DNA of 64,000 bases from Angustibacter sp. (lineage in GTDB: Bacteria; Actinomycetota; Actinomycetes; Actinomycetales; Angustibacteraceae), in the NCBI GenBank assembly GCA_051657715.1, contig JBOFLF010000015.1, forward strand, positions 13,962 through 77,961, given 5' to 3'. Under the pieces are notes generated by a model, which was not told the origin of the DNA, did not search any database, and saw nothing but the letters and a program-made list of their open reading frames with translations. The position numbers and the translations under genes were made by a program. Each line of letters starts with the position of its first letter. Position 1 is the stretch's first letter. Positions 42,656 to 52,481 of the stretch are shown here, piece after piece.

Positions 42656-42903
42656 GGTGGCTCGCCTGCTCCTCTCCCGCGACCCGTGACGCGTCCTCCC
42701 GGTCAACGGGTGGGCCACGCCTGCCGTTCCCCGGGATCTCCGAGCAGGCCGGGCGCACTAGGCTGATCGTGCTCGCCGCTCCCGGGAACAACCTGGGAGC
42801 TGGCTGGGCAACCCCTCCGGGGCCGACGATCAGCGCCCAGCCCCGGTGCAGGCAGTCCCACCGTGGTGCTCGATATCGAGCGTCTGAGCCATCGAAGAGG
42901 TGC

Positions 42904-43539
42904 GTGATCGGCGTCCGCAAACCAGCCAGCCTGGCCTACAGCGACTCCTACATCGCCGAGGACGATGTCCTCGTCCGTGCTCGGGCACGCGCCGACGAGC
43001 TGGGGTGTCCGGCGACACCACCCGGTTCCGGCGCGGTCCTGCGGATGCTGGCAGCTGTGCTGCCCGCCCACGCGGCCGTGGAGATCGGGACCGGTGCCGG
43101 CGTGTCTGGGATCTGGTTGCTGCGCGGAATGCCCACACCCGGGGTCCTCACCACGATCGATGTCGAGCCCGAGCACCAGCGAGCCGCGCGCGAGGCATTC
43201 GCCGAGGCAGGTATCCCGAACAACCGCACGCGGGTGATCACCGGGCGAGCGCTGGAGGTGTTACCCCGACTCTCCGACGGCGGGTACGACCTCGTGCTGT
43301 GCGCCGCCGCGCCGGCCGAGTACGAGGACTACCTCTCACAGAGCCTGCGACTGCTGCGTCCGGGTGGGGTGCTGATCTTCGACCACGCGCTCTGGCACGA
43401 CCGGGTGGCCGACCCGGCTCAGCGAGACGAATCCACCACAGCAGTCCGCGAGCTCGGCAGACAGGTACGGGAGCACAAGCAGCTGGTACCGGCCCTGCTG
43501 CCGTGCGGCGACGGCCTGCTCGTCGCTGTTCGTCGCTGA
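42904..43539 (+). CDS. class I SAM-dependent O-methyltransferase (Rv1220c-like)
   Basis: SAM motif AVEIGTGAGVSGIWLL, ..LTTIDVEPEH...A...F. Colinear with Mtb Rv1220c from memory. GTG start at 42904. Confidence 0.85.
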   Translation: MIGVRKPASLAYSDSYIAEDDVLVRARARADELGCPATPPGSGAVLRMLAAVLPAHAAVEIGTGAGVSGIWLLRGMPTPGVLTTIDVEPEHQRAAREAFAEAGIPNNRTRVITGRALEVLPRLSDGGYDLVLCAAAPAEYEDYLSQSLRLLRPGGVLIFDHALWHDRVADPAQRDESTTAVRELGRQVREHKQLVPALLPCGDGLLVAVRR

Positions 43540-43561
43540 TCGAGCTGGTCAGTTCGACTGG

Positions 43562-43906
43562 TTAGCAACCGGGGCCGGCACCGGCCACGAACCCCGCCGC
43601 CCCCTCGGCGATCGCGACCACCTCGAACGGCTCGACCGACACCGGCGGGCCGCCGACGATCCGCGAACCAGAGCTGTCGGCCGCGGTAGCGGCGAACTCA
43701 GCGGCGAAGGCGTCCCGGGATGCCGCGTCGGCCCACACGTACGTGCCCTCGAACCACACCCGCTCAGACATCCGCCAGGTCTTGAACCGCAGGCCCTCGC
43801 GGCCCGAGAACCGGGCCAACGACGTGCCGGTCACATACTCTCGCAGCCGGTCCGAAACGTCGGGGTCGGCATCGACCAGCGACCAGCGCACCGTCAACCC
43901 GTACAT
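43562..43906 (-). CDS. small ABM/YdhR-like (dimeric alpha-beta barrel) protein
   Basis: 114 aa from the ATG at 43906 (MYGLTVRWSLVDADPDV...FKTWRMSE..WFEGTYVW). Family assignment is tentative. Confidence 0.4.
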   Translation of the reverse strand: MYGLTVRWSLVDADPDVSDRLREYVTGTSLARFSGREGLRFKTWRMSERVWFEGTYVWADAASRDAFAAEFAATAADSSGSRIVGGPPVSVEPFEVVAIAEGAAGFVAGAGPGC

Positions 43907-44027
43907 GAGCACCTCCAGGTGAGGCGTCCGCCGCGGCGGACGTGGTGGGCACGGGTCCACGGTCGCAGGACGCGATCCTCGCGCCAACACCGCCATGGCA
44001 ACACCGCCCTGGTCAACACCGCCATGG

Positions 44028-45647
44028 TCACCGCAGCGCGAGTAACCACTGCAGCAGCAGGCGGGCGCCGAAGCCCGTCCCACCACGGCAGCGCAAGCCA
44101 GCGTCCTTGTCACTGCGGGCCGGGCCCGCGATGTCCAGGTGTGCCCACCGACGACCGCCGGTGAACTCACGCAGGAACAGCGCGGCGGTGATCGCCCCGG
44201 CCTTGTTCCGGTCGGTGGATACGTGGCACAGATCCGCGACGGCACTGCTCAAGGAGGGCCGATACTCCTCGACCAGCGGCATCCGCCACACCGGTTCGCC
44301 GCTGGCCACACCGGCCCGGTCCAACCCGGTCGCCAGGCGATCGTCGTCGGTGAACAACGCGGCGTGGCCCCGACCGAGGCCGAGCGTCGCGGCGCCGGTG
44401 AGCGTCGCGACGTCCACCACCACATCCGGATCGAGCACGCTGTCGGCGTACCCGAGAGCGTCAGCCAGCACCAGACGGCCCTCGGCATCGGTGTTGCGGA
44501 CCTCCACGGTCGTCCCTCCGTACGGCACGACCACGTCACCGGGCCGGTACGAGCCGGCCCCGATCGCGTTCTCCGCGAGCGCCAGCAGACCGGTGACCCG
44601 CACCCGAACCCCCAGCTGGGCACACCGGAGCAGCACGGCGAGGACGACGCCCGCACCGGTCATGTCCGTCTTCATCGCCACCATCGCGTCCCGGGGCTTC
44701 AGCGACAGGCCACCGGAGTCGAACGTGATGCCCTTGCCGATCACCACCACGTGCAGCGGTTCACCGGACCGCCCCCGAGCCGTGGATCGCCCAGCCGGCA
44801 ATCGATCGGAGGACGGCTGATAGGCCAGCTGCACCATCCGAGGCGGGTTCACCGACCCGCCTCCTACCGCGACCAGACCGCCGAAACCCGAGCGCGCCAG
44901 CTCTCGGTGGTCCCAGACCCGCACGGCAAGTCCTGCTCGGGTGCCGAACCGCCGGGCGCGACCGGCCAGCCACGCTGGTGTCTTGGTGGACGCCGGAGTC
45001 TGGGCCAGGTCTCGCGCCACCACCGTCGCCTGGGCCAGGCGCGCCCCTCGGTCGAGGTCGGGCTGACCAAGCCGGCCGACCACGTCGACCCGGCGGACTG
45101 GCGATGTACCGGTGCTACGGGAGGCCGCGCCCTCGCGTCCTGTGCCACCGATCCCCACGCGGGCAGGGACGTAGGAGCCGAGCACCAGGCCCTCGGCGAA
45201 GGCGCCGGCCGCTGCCGCGGGGATTACGCCCACGCCCACGACCAGCCGGTCTCGACCGCGACAGGCACGCGCCAAAGCTGCCCCGGCCGATCGGAACGCG
45301 GCCGGGTGGCCGTCACCTAGCCCGAACAGCAACACCCGCTGGACCGCCTGCGCAACGTCATCACCGGGGTCGGCGTGACCATGGGCGTCGCTGGTGCTCG
45401 GTCGGCCCGATGGCGATGACCACGGCACCCGGACGACCTGGGCCTGCGAGCCGTCGATGTGCTCCAGGTCGATCACAGAATCCAGCGCGATGCCGAGACG
45501 CTCCGCCAGCCGCCGGTCCGCAGCGGCGAGCACGGGTCGTCCGGCAACGGGCCGGACCGGCAGCGCCAGCACGTCCACTACCCCCGCCAGGCCGGTCACC
45601 GCGGCCATCGCCGATCCGGGGACCGCCCGGATCTGGAGTGACCGCAC
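44028..45647 (-). CDS. pepA: leucyl aminopeptidase (M17)
   Basis: M17 signature NTDAEGRLVLADAL.YA and metal-binding block VVIGKGITFDSGGLSLKP. GTG start at 45647 preceded by GGGAGG. Confidence 0.9.
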   Translation of the reverse strand: MRSLQIRAVPGSAMAAVTGLAGVVDVLALPVRPVAGRPVLAAADRRLAERLGIALDSVIDLEHIDGSQAQVVRVPWSSPSGRPSTSDAHGHADPGDDVAQAVQRVLLFGLGDGHPAAFRSAGAALARACRGRDRLVVGVGVIPAAAAGAFAEGLVLGSYVPARVGIGGTGREGAASRSTGTSPVRRVDVVGRLGQPDLDRGARLAQATVVARDLAQTPASTKTPAWLAGRARRFGTRAGLAVRVWDHRELARSGFGGLVAVGGGSVNPPRMVQLAYQPSSDRLPAGRSTARGRSGEPLHVVVIGKGITFDSGGLSLKPRDAMVAMKTDMTGAGVVLAVLLRCAQLGVRVRVTGLLALAENAIGAGSYRPGDVVVPYGGTTVEVRNTDAEGRLVLADALGYADSVLDPDVVVDVATLTGAATLGLGRGHAALFTDDDRLATGLDRAGVASGEPVWRMPLVEEYRPSLSSAVADLCHVSTDRNKAGAITAALFLREFTGGRRWAHLDIAGPARSDKDAGLRCRGGTGFGARLLLQWLLALR

Positions 45648-45866
45648 TGCACCTCCCTGTCCTGATCCGCGAGTGGTGATCACCGCAACCTGCCTGAGTC
45701 GTCTGACCCTACGACGGGTCGCGCCCGTCAACCGTGGCTAGCTGACGAACGGGACCACCCGATGGCGGCATCCGGCCAGAACCAGTCACCGGATCTCCCT
45801 CCGCAGGAGAAGCCGCGGGTCACCAAGACGACCCGCACCGTCCGCGCAAGCGTCAACGACGTGGGG

Positions 45867-46034
45867 TCAGCCCACAGCGCCCTTGAGCGCATCGCCGAGT
45901 GACGTAGCTTCATCCGGGGTCATCTCGACCACCAGCCGACCACCGCCGTCCAGCGGCATCCGCATCACGATGTCGCGACCTTCTTTGGTCACCTCGAGCG
46001 GACCGTCCCCAGTCCTCGGCTTCATGGCGGCCAT
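45867..46034 (-). CDS. DUF3117 small conserved actinobacterial protein (Rv1211-like)
   Basis: 55 aa MAAMKPRTGDGPLEVTKEGRDIVMRMPLDGGGRLVVEMTPDEATSLGDALKGAVG. This sequence family is highly conserved. Confidence 0.85.
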   Translation of the reverse strand: MAAMKPRTGDGPLEVTKEGRDIVMRMPLDGGGRLVVEMTPDEATSLGDALKGAVG

Positions 46035-46209
46035 TCGCCGACCCCTTTCGCTGTTCGCGGGCAGCACCGCCGCCCGGTAGGCGGACCACGGGCGGTTGTC
46101 GCCGCCTAGTATCCCGCGTAGCCCGGCGACGTGGAAATCGTGCGTCCGGCAACGCGACGGAGGGCGCGAACCCGGACGAGGTTCGGCCCCTTCAGAAGGA
46201 AGGTCTGCC

Positions 46210-47055
46210 GTGACCGGACCGCAACCGACCGCGCAGTCAGATCCCGCGGACCACGCCAGCGTCGGATGTTCTCGGGACGGCGCGGTCGCCACGGTCCGGT
46301 TGCAGCGGCCCGAGACGATGAACTCGCTCGACCTGGCGACCAAGACCGCGCTGCTGTCCGCGCTTCGTGAGGTCGCTGATGACCCAGCGGTGCGGGCCGT
46401 CGTGCTCACCGGAACCGGTCGCGCGTTCAGCGCCGGCCAAGACTTGCGCGAGCACGCCGCAGCACTGGACGCAGCGCGGGCCGGGCCGCGCAACGCCGCA
46501 GAGCTAGGCCGGACGGTTCGCGAGCACTACAACCCCATCGCCTCGGTGCTGGCCACCATGCCGAAACCGGTGATCGCCGCGGTGAACGGCATCGCTGCCG
46601 GCGCCGGGGCGTCGTTCGCGTTCGCCTGTGACGTCCGGCTGGTGGCCGCCAGCGCCGGCTTCAACCTGGCTTTCACCGGGATCGGGCTGTCCTGCGACTC
46701 TGGTGCGTCCTGGTGGCTGCCCCGATTGGTTGGGTCGGCAAAGGCCGTCGAACTGCTGCTGATGCCCCGCACCATCGCGGCTGACGAAGCGCTGACCCTC
46801 GGCTTGGCCACCCGGGTCGTCGCGGACGACCAGCTGCCGGCCGCCGCTGCCGAGCTCGCCGGCCTGCTCGCCGCTGGCCCCACCCAGGCGTACGCCGCCG
46901 CCCGCCGGGCGCTGGCGTTCTCCGCCAGCCACGACCTGGCCGCCAGCCTGGCGCATGAGGCCTCCCTGATGGACCAGACCGGGCAGACCGCCGATCACCG
47001 GGCTGCCGTCGCCGCCTTTCTCGCCAAACGACGCCCGGTGTTCGAGGGGCGCTGA
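46210..47055 (+). CDS. enoyl-CoA hydratase/isomerase family protein
   Basis: Crotonase fold motifs (VVLTGTGRAFSAGQDL, PVIAAVNGIAAGAGASFAFACD). GTG at 46210 follows GAAGGAAGG. Confidence 0.85.
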   Translation: MTGPQPTAQSDPADHASVGCSRDGAVATVRLQRPETMNSLDLATKTALLSALREVADDPAVRAVVLTGTGRAFSAGQDLREHAAALDAARAGPRNAAELGRTVREHYNPIASVLATMPKPVIAAVNGIAAGAGASFAFACDVRLVAASAGFNLAFTGIGLSCDSGASWWLPRLVGSAKAVELLLMPRTIAADEALTLGLATRVVADDQLPAAAAELAGLLAAGPTQAYAAARRALAFSASHDLAASLAHEASLMDQTGQTADHRAAVAAFLAKRRPVFEGR

Positions 47056-47077
47056 GGACGCCCGCCGCTGCCCCCGA

Positions 47078-48400
47078 TCAGGGCGGGTAGTCGGTCGGAG
47101 GGGTGAAGAGCAGCAGCTCGTGCACCCAGACCGCTTGGCCCCACAGCCCGATCCCCGCGACCGCGACGATCAGCACCGGCCAGCGCAGCACCCGGGCCAG
47201 TACCGCGAACAACGGGAACATCAGCAGCAGGTACCGGAACGTACTGGTCCAGGGCTCAGTCACGGCGAGCAGGTAGAACGGGTAGCTCAACGACCAGGCA
47301 GCCATCTCTGGGCCGATCGACCGACCCCACCGGGAGGCCAGCAGCACCAGCAGCGCGATCGCACCCGCTAGCAGCCAGTAGCCGCCACCCGGCCCCCACA
47401 ACAGCTGAGCGATGCCGACCGCCTGCTGGAACGGCCGCACCACACCACCGGTTCGCCAGGCCGCCTGGGTGCGCTCGTACGCGTCCGCGGAACCGACCAG
47501 GACACCGACGCTCACCGGCCACAGCACGCTGGACGCGGCGGTGAACAAGCCGAGCGACACCACGCGCAGCTGGTCCACCCGACTGAACGGCTCCCGGCCC
47601 AGGTCACCCCAGCCGAGCACGCCATGGTGCGCGCGGTATCGGGCCAGCAGGTGGGCCAGCACCACGACGGCGAACGGCGCGACCACCGGCCGAGTCAGGG
47701 CCAGCGCCAGCACGGCGACCGCGCACCAGCCGTACCGTCGGCGCAGCAGCGCGTCGGTCGCCAGGGCCAGGAGCAACAGGGCCAGGCTCTCGCTGTACGC
47801 GATCTGCAGAGCCGGAGCTGATGGCACCGCACACAGCAATACCGCACCCCCGAGCGCGGCGCGGCGACCGGCGAGCCGGCGGACTACGCGGGTGACGACG
47901 ACCACCGCGCAGCCACCCAGCAGCAGGTTCAGCACTACTGCCGTGGCCGCGAACGGCCAGCCGGTGACCAGCATGACCACCTTGGTGGCATACGGGAAGC
48001 CGGGGAAGAACGCCCACGCGTTCTGTTGAACGACACCGGATCCGTCAGTGGGCAAAGGCAGCGGATAGCCCTGCTCGGCGATGATCTTGTACCACTGTCC
48101 GTCCCACAGCTGCGCCATGGCGCTGTAACCGGACCGCGACCCGGTCCACACGCTGGGCAGCTGCTCACCGGCCGCCCGGTCGATCAGCAGCGCCCCCCAC
48201 ACCCGAGTGACGACATACCAGGCGAGCACCAGGACCGCGTCCGGTAGGTCGCGCACCCGGACGGTCGACCACCGAGCCTTGCCGGCAGCCGGTGCCGCGG
48301 ACCCGCTCGCGGCCTTCGCCCCGATGGTGGACCGTGCGGCGGGCGAGGGGTCCGCACGGGTTGCCCCGGTCGGGCCGGCTGGACCGCCTTCCGCGTTCAT
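47078..48400 (-). CDS. polytopic membrane glycosyltransferase (GT-C, PIG-V/mannosyltransferase-like)
   Basis: 440 aa with at least 9 hydrophobic helices and the WDGQWY motif in the first loop. ATGA start/stop overlap with tag (48397-48400). Confidence 0.55.
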   Translation of the reverse strand: MNAEGGPAGPTGATRADPSPAARSTIGAKAASGSAAPAAGKARWSTVRVRDLPDAVLVLAWYVVTRVWGALLIDRAAGEQLPSVWTGSRSGYSAMAQLWDGQWYKIIAEQGYPLPLPTDGSGVVQQNAWAFFPGFPYATKVVMLVTGWPFAATAVVLNLLLGGCAVVVVTRVVRRLAGRRAALGGAVLLCAVPSAPALQIAYSESLALLLLALATDALLRRRYGWCAVAVLALALTRPVVAPFAVVVLAHLLARYRAHHGVLGWGDLGREPFSRVDQLRVVSLGLFTAASSVLWPVSVGVLVGSADAYERTQAAWRTGGVVRPFQQAVGIAQLLWGPGGGYWLLAGAIALLVLLASRWGRSIGPEMAAWSLSYPFYLLAVTEPWTSTFRYLLLMFPLFAVLARVLRWPVLIVAVAGIGLWGQAVWVHELLLFTPPTDYPP

Positions 48401-48984
48401 CGAGGCGCCACGTGACAGCCGGCCAGGTGGTCATCAACCAGCCCACACGCTTGCATTGCCGCGTACGCGGTGGTCGGCCCGACGAACGCAAAACCCTTGC
48501 TCCGCAGCGCCCCGGCCAAGGACCGGGACTCCGCACAGATCGCCGGGACGTCGGCCAGGGCCAGCGGACGCGGACGCGGACCAGCCGGCGCGAACGACCA
48601 GACGAACGCGTCCAGGCCACCCTCGCCGCGCATCCGCAGCACTGCGCGAGCGTTGCCGATAGCGGCGGCGATCTTCGCCCGGTTGCGGACGATCCCCGGA
48701 TCGGCAAGCAGCCTGTCCCGGTCTGCGTCGTCGTAGGTGGCAACCCGCTCTGGATCGAACCGGTCGAACGCCCGCCGAAACCCCTCCCGCTTGCGCAGGA
48801 TCGTCAGCCACGACAACCCCGACTGGAACGCCTCCAGCGTCAACCGCTCGAACAACGCCTGCTCCCCACGCACCACCCGACCCCACTCATGGTCGTGATA
48901 CGCCAGGTAGTCCGGCGACTGGCCGACCCAACCGCACCGTGCCCGCCCGTCCGTCCCGACGACGACTCCGGAGTCGGTCGGCAT
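48397..48984 (-). CDS. tag: DNA-3-methyladenine glycosylase I
   Basis: 195 aa. RCGW......YLAYHD.EWG.......LFE.L.LE.FQ.GLSW..IL.KR, the Tag signature, including zinc-ligand Cys/His. Confidence 0.93.
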   Translation of the reverse strand: MPTDSGVVVGTDGRARCGWVGQSPDYLAYHDHEWGRVVRGEQALFERLTLEAFQSGLSWLTILRKREGFRRAFDRFDPERVATYDDADRDRLLADPGIVRNRAKIAAAIGNARAVLRMRGEGGLDAFVWSFAPAGPRPRPLALADVPAICAESRSLAGALRSKGFAFVGPTTAYAAMQACGLVDDHLAGCHVAPR

Positions 48985-49038
48985 CGCTACCTCCTCATCG
49001 CTCTGACCACCTGACCGGCTCGATCGCTGCCCGGACGG

Positions 49039-49572
49039 TCAACCGGAACCCGTGCCCGACCGTCCTGCCTCATCGGCCCGAGGCTGAGCAACACGCTCTT
49101 GGGCGGTGCGCTGGCTGGCGGCCACCCGCTCGACCTCGCGGGCCATCCGCGCCAGGACCCTGGAGAACACCACTTTCCCGATCACCCGGCTCGCTGTTCG
49201 GGCGCCTGGCAGGCGCCGAATCCCCACGATCTCGGCCCGCTCGACCCACTCGACGGTGCACTGGCCGCCGTGAGCGGTGACGTCGAAGGTTGCCTCGCCG
49301 AGCACCACCCGGCCACGCTTGACCACCGTGCACCGGCCGGCCCGGTCCTGCCGCGGCGGTCGCCACTCGGTGACCGTCATCGGGTCGTCGAACCCGATCG
49401 GTCCGAGGCCGGTACGGGCGACGAACGTCGTCCCGACCCCACCCGGCCCCGGCGAGGTGACCTGGACCGTGGTGAGCGCCACCCACCGTCCATGTGCCGG
49501 CCAGTCCGTAAGGGCACGCCAGACCAGATCGACAGGTGCCTGCACATCCCGCCTGATCGAGAACGTCGCCAC
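49039..49572 (-). CDS. SRPBCC (polyketide cyclase/START-like) family protein
   Basis: VATFSIRRDVQAPVDLVWRALTDWPAHGRW is the typical N-terminus. GTG start at 49572. Confidence 0.65.
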   Translation of the reverse strand: MATFSIRRDVQAPVDLVWRALTDWPAHGRWVALTTVQVTSPGPGGVGTTFVARTGLGPIGFDDPMTVTEWRPPRQDRAGRCTVVKRGRVVLGEATFDVTAHGGQCTVEWVERAEIVGIRRLPGARTASRVIGKVVFSRVLARMAREVERVAASQRTAQERVAQPRADEAGRSGTGSG

Positions 49573-49576
49573 CGTG

Positions 49577-49963
49577 TCAGCCCGTCGCACCTGGTGCAGG
49601 ACTCCCCTGGGCGGTCGTGGAGCCACCCTGCTGGCGCAGCCGCTGCAGCTGTGCGTCCTGCTCGGCCAACTGCGCGTCCTGCTCGGCGAGCCGCAGATCG
49701 CGCTCGGCCACCTCGGCGCGGCGATCAGCGAGCTCGGTCGCGAACCTGGTCAGCACCTCGTCCACCTCGTCCATCCGGTAGCCGCGGAAGGCCAGCGAGA
49801 ACCGAACCTCGTCGATGTCGCGTGGGAGCAGGTCGGTGCTGGGCAGCGGGCTGCTCGGGGTGGACGGCGGAGCGTCGTCTAGCCCCACCCGGATGACGCC
49901 CGCGGCGACCACCCCAACCCCGGCGATCACGGCCAGCACGACGAGAACCTGCAGCAGACTCAC
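49577..49963 (-). CDS. membrane-anchored DivIVA-domain protein
   Basis: N-terminal TM, then the DivIVA motif (VRFSLAFRGYRMDEVDEVL) and a coiled coil with a duplicated LAEQDAQ heptad. Confidence 0.7.
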   Translation of the reverse strand: MSLLQVLVVLAVIAGVGVVAAGVIRVGLDDAPPSTPSSPLPSTDLLPRDIDEVRFSLAFRGYRMDEVDEVLTRFATELADRRAEVAERDLRLAEQDAQLAEQDAQLQRLRQQGGSTTAQGSPAPGATG

Positions 49964-50103
49964 CAGATCATGGTGTCACGAGCCGTAGCCGTCCCGGCAT
50001 CCCCTGGGACGTCACCGGGCAGTCAGCGGCGGTCACTTCATCGAAGGCCGCGTCGATGATCCAGCCCGGCGCGACTGGTCCTGCTGACCGATAATGTGAT
50101 CAG

Positions 50104-50529
50104 GTGAGCGAGCATTCGACCCCGGAGCCATACCCGAGACCACGGCCCCATGCGCCAGAGCCCCTGGCGCCGGCAGCCACGCTGGTGAGTATCGGCGACA
50201 TCGTGTGCACGCAGCACGAGGTCATTACCCCGAGCGGGCGATACCCGATCGGCCGGGTCGTCTGGACGTTCACCGACATGTCGCGCACGTCGAGGACCAT
50301 CCCGACGTGGGCGGTCGTGTGCGCCGTCATCTTCTTCTTCTTCTGTCTTCTCGGGCTGCTCTTCCTGCTGGCCAAGGAGGAGCGGACCGAGGGCTGGGTC
50401 CAGGTGGTGGTCCAGGGCGACGGCTTCCTGCATACGGTGCAGCTCCCGGTTTCGTCGCTCTCCCAGGTCGTGGACTACAACGCCCGGGTCACCTACGCCC
50501 GATCGTTGTCGGCCGCGGCCTCCGGTTGA
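50104..50529 (+). CDS. hypothetical membrane protein
   Basis: 141 aa. Pro-rich N-terminus and one strongly hydrophobic helix (WAVVCAVIFFFFCLLGLLFLL). No motif recognised. Confidence 0.45.
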   Translation: MSEHSTPEPYPRPRPHAPEPLAPAATLVSIGDIVCTQHEVITPSGRYPIGRVVWTFTDMSRTSRTIPTWAVVCAVIFFFFCLLGLLFLLAKEERTEGWVQVVVQGDGFLHTVQLPVSSLSQVVDYNARVTYARSLSAAASG

Positions 50530-50606
50530 CCGGAACGTCATGACCTGCCGAAGGACCACAGCCTGCCGAAAGGTAGCCCGCCGAACATCGCCGAGCGGGC
50601 AGGAGC

Positions 50607-51425
50607 CTACGTGCCATCGCTCGGCGGGCTCGATGGAGCACCGCCGTTCGCCGCGACCACGGCGGCGACGGCCTCGGCCGGGTCGTCGGTGAGGGTCAGC
50701 AGGTCGACGTCGGCCGGGCCGATGGTGTGGGCACCGAGCGGACCTGCGTGCAACCAGTCGAGCAGACCGCCCCAGAACGAGGTGCCGAGCAGAACGATCG
50801 GGAACGAGGTCACCTTGCGGGTCTGCACCAGGGTGAGCGCCTCGAACAGCTCGTCCAGCGTCCCGTACCCACCGGGCAGCACGATGAAACCCTCGGCGTA
50901 CTTGACGAACATCGTCTTGCGCGCGAAGAAGTAGCGGAAGTTCACCGCGAGGTCGACGTACTCGTTGATGCCCTGCTCGAACGGCAGCTCGATGCCGAGC
51001 CCGACGCTCACCCCGCCGGCCTCCAGGGCTCCTTTATTGGCGGCTTCCATCGCTCCCGGCCCCCCGCCGGTGATGACCGCGTACCCGGCTTCGGCGAGCA
51101 ACCGGCCCACCTGGACGCCCATCGCGTACGCCGGGTCGTCCGGTCGGGTGCGGGCGGAGCCGAACACGCTGACCGCTCGACCCACCTCGGCGAGCGCCCC
51201 GAAGCCCTCGACGAACTCGCTCTGGATCCGCAAGACCCGCCACGGGTCGGTGTGCACCCAGTCGGTGGGACCGCGGGTGTCCAGCAGGCGCTGGTCGGTG
51301 GTGCTGCCGGGCACCAGGTCCCGCCGCAGGGTGACCGGCCCCTGCTGATGACCGGGGCCAGGGTGGACGGCGGGATCCGCTGCGGGTTCCAGCACCGGAT
51401 CAGGTGTCGGGTCGGGCATCGTCAT
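50607..51425 (-). CDS. LOG-family (TIGR00730) nucleotide phosphoribohydrolase
   Basis: GGGPGxME motif (ITGGGPGAMEAANKGA) and PGGxGTxxE motif (VLPGGYGTLDELFEAL). Confidence 0.9.
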   Translation of the reverse strand: MTMPDPTPDPVLEPAADPAVHPGPGHQQGPVTLRRDLVPGSTTDQRLLDTRGPTDWVHTDPWRVLRIQSEFVEGFGALAEVGRAVSVFGSARTRPDDPAYAMGVQVGRLLAEAGYAVITGGGPGAMEAANKGALEAGGVSVGLGIELPFEQGINEYVDLAVNFRYFFARKTMFVKYAEGFIVLPGGYGTLDELFEALTLVQTRKVTSFPIVLLGTSFWGGLLDWLHAGPLGAHTIGPADVDLLTLTDDPAEAVAAVVAANGGAPSSPPSDGT

Positions 51426-51557
51426 GAACCCGACCGTAGCCGGGTGGCCGCCGTCGGGTAGCTGACCCCGCGGCTCGGCAGCAAGACCGCGGCCATCCCC
51501 GGGAGATACGGCCGTGCCTGCAGGACACCGTCAGGGCTCTTCTCTACAGTCGCCGGC

Positions 51558-52481
51558 ATGAGCGTGCACGCCGTCCCGTCGACCGGGTTCCCCGTCCCGC
51601 ACGAGCCGGACGCGGCGCTGGCACGGCTGCTCGAGGACGGCGTCACCCTCGGCGACAGCTCCGAGTGGCTACCCCGACTGCCCGCGGGCGGCGTCGACCT
51701 GTTCTTCACCTCACCCCCCTACGCCGATGCCCGGGCTTACTCCCGGATCCACCCCGACCGCTACGTGGAGTGGTTCCTGCCGTTCACGCAGGCCATGCTC
51801 GAGAGCACCTGCGACACCGGGTCGATGGTCGTCAACATCAAGAACCGGGTCGCCAAGGGCGGGCCGCTCAAGGGGCAGCGGCACCCCTACGTCTACGAGC
51901 TGGTGCTGGCTCTACAACGCCAGGGGTGGCGGTGGCTGGAGACCTACACCTGGGCCAAGCCCAACGCCGTCCCCGGGCGGTTCGGACCTCGCACCAAGGA
52001 CTCGTTCGAGTACGTCTACCACTTCGCCAAGGGCACTCACCCGTACTTCGACGTGGACGCCGTCCGCGTTCCATACCGGACCCCGGACGAGGAGATCCAG
52101 CGCCGCCGGCAGGACGCGAACGGTCGCCGCACCACCGAGGCCGGCTTCGGCCGGGACCGGACGACCACGTACAACCGGGGGGGTGCCGACCCCGGCAATG
52201 TCATCTCGGTGCCGCAGACCTACAACCAGCACTACGGCGTCGCCCACACCGCGGCGATGCCCGAGGGGTTGGCCGGGTTCTTCGTCCGGGCGGCCTGCCC
52301 GGTCGGCGGCGTGGTCATCGACCCCTTCGCCGGCAGCGGAACCACCAGCGTGGTCGCACGTCGCTGCGGGCGGCGGGCCGGCGGACTGGAGATCCACGAA
52401 GAGTTCGTCACCGAGGCGAGACGCCGGCTTGACGCCGGTGTCGCCGAGGACGAGCCAGGGGTCCTCACCTGTGCTCTCTGA
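51558..52481 (+). CDS. beta-class N4/N6 DNA methyltransferase (SPPY type, probably N4-cytosine)
   Basis: Motif IV DLFFTSPPYADA lies upstream of motif I VIDPFAGSGTTSVVA, which is the beta-class order. TACAGT at 45-50 sits 7 nt before the ATG, suggesting a leaderless transcript. The intact frame runs through a G7 run at 52177-52183. Confidence 0.85.
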   Translation: MSVHAVPSTGFPVPHEPDAALARLLEDGVTLGDSSEWLPRLPAGGVDLFFTSPPYADARAYSRIHPDRYVEWFLPFTQAMLESTCDTGSMVVNIKNRVAKGGPLKGQRHPYVYELVLALQRQGWRWLETYTWAKPNAVPGRFGPRTKDSFEYVYHFAKGTHPYFDVDAVRVPYRTPDEEIQRRRQDANGRRTTEAGFGRDRTTTYNRGGADPGNVISVPQTYNQHYGVAHTAAMPEGLAGFFVRAACPVGGVVIDPFAGSGTTSVVARRCGRRAGGLEIHEEFVTEARRRLDAGVAEDEPGVLTCAL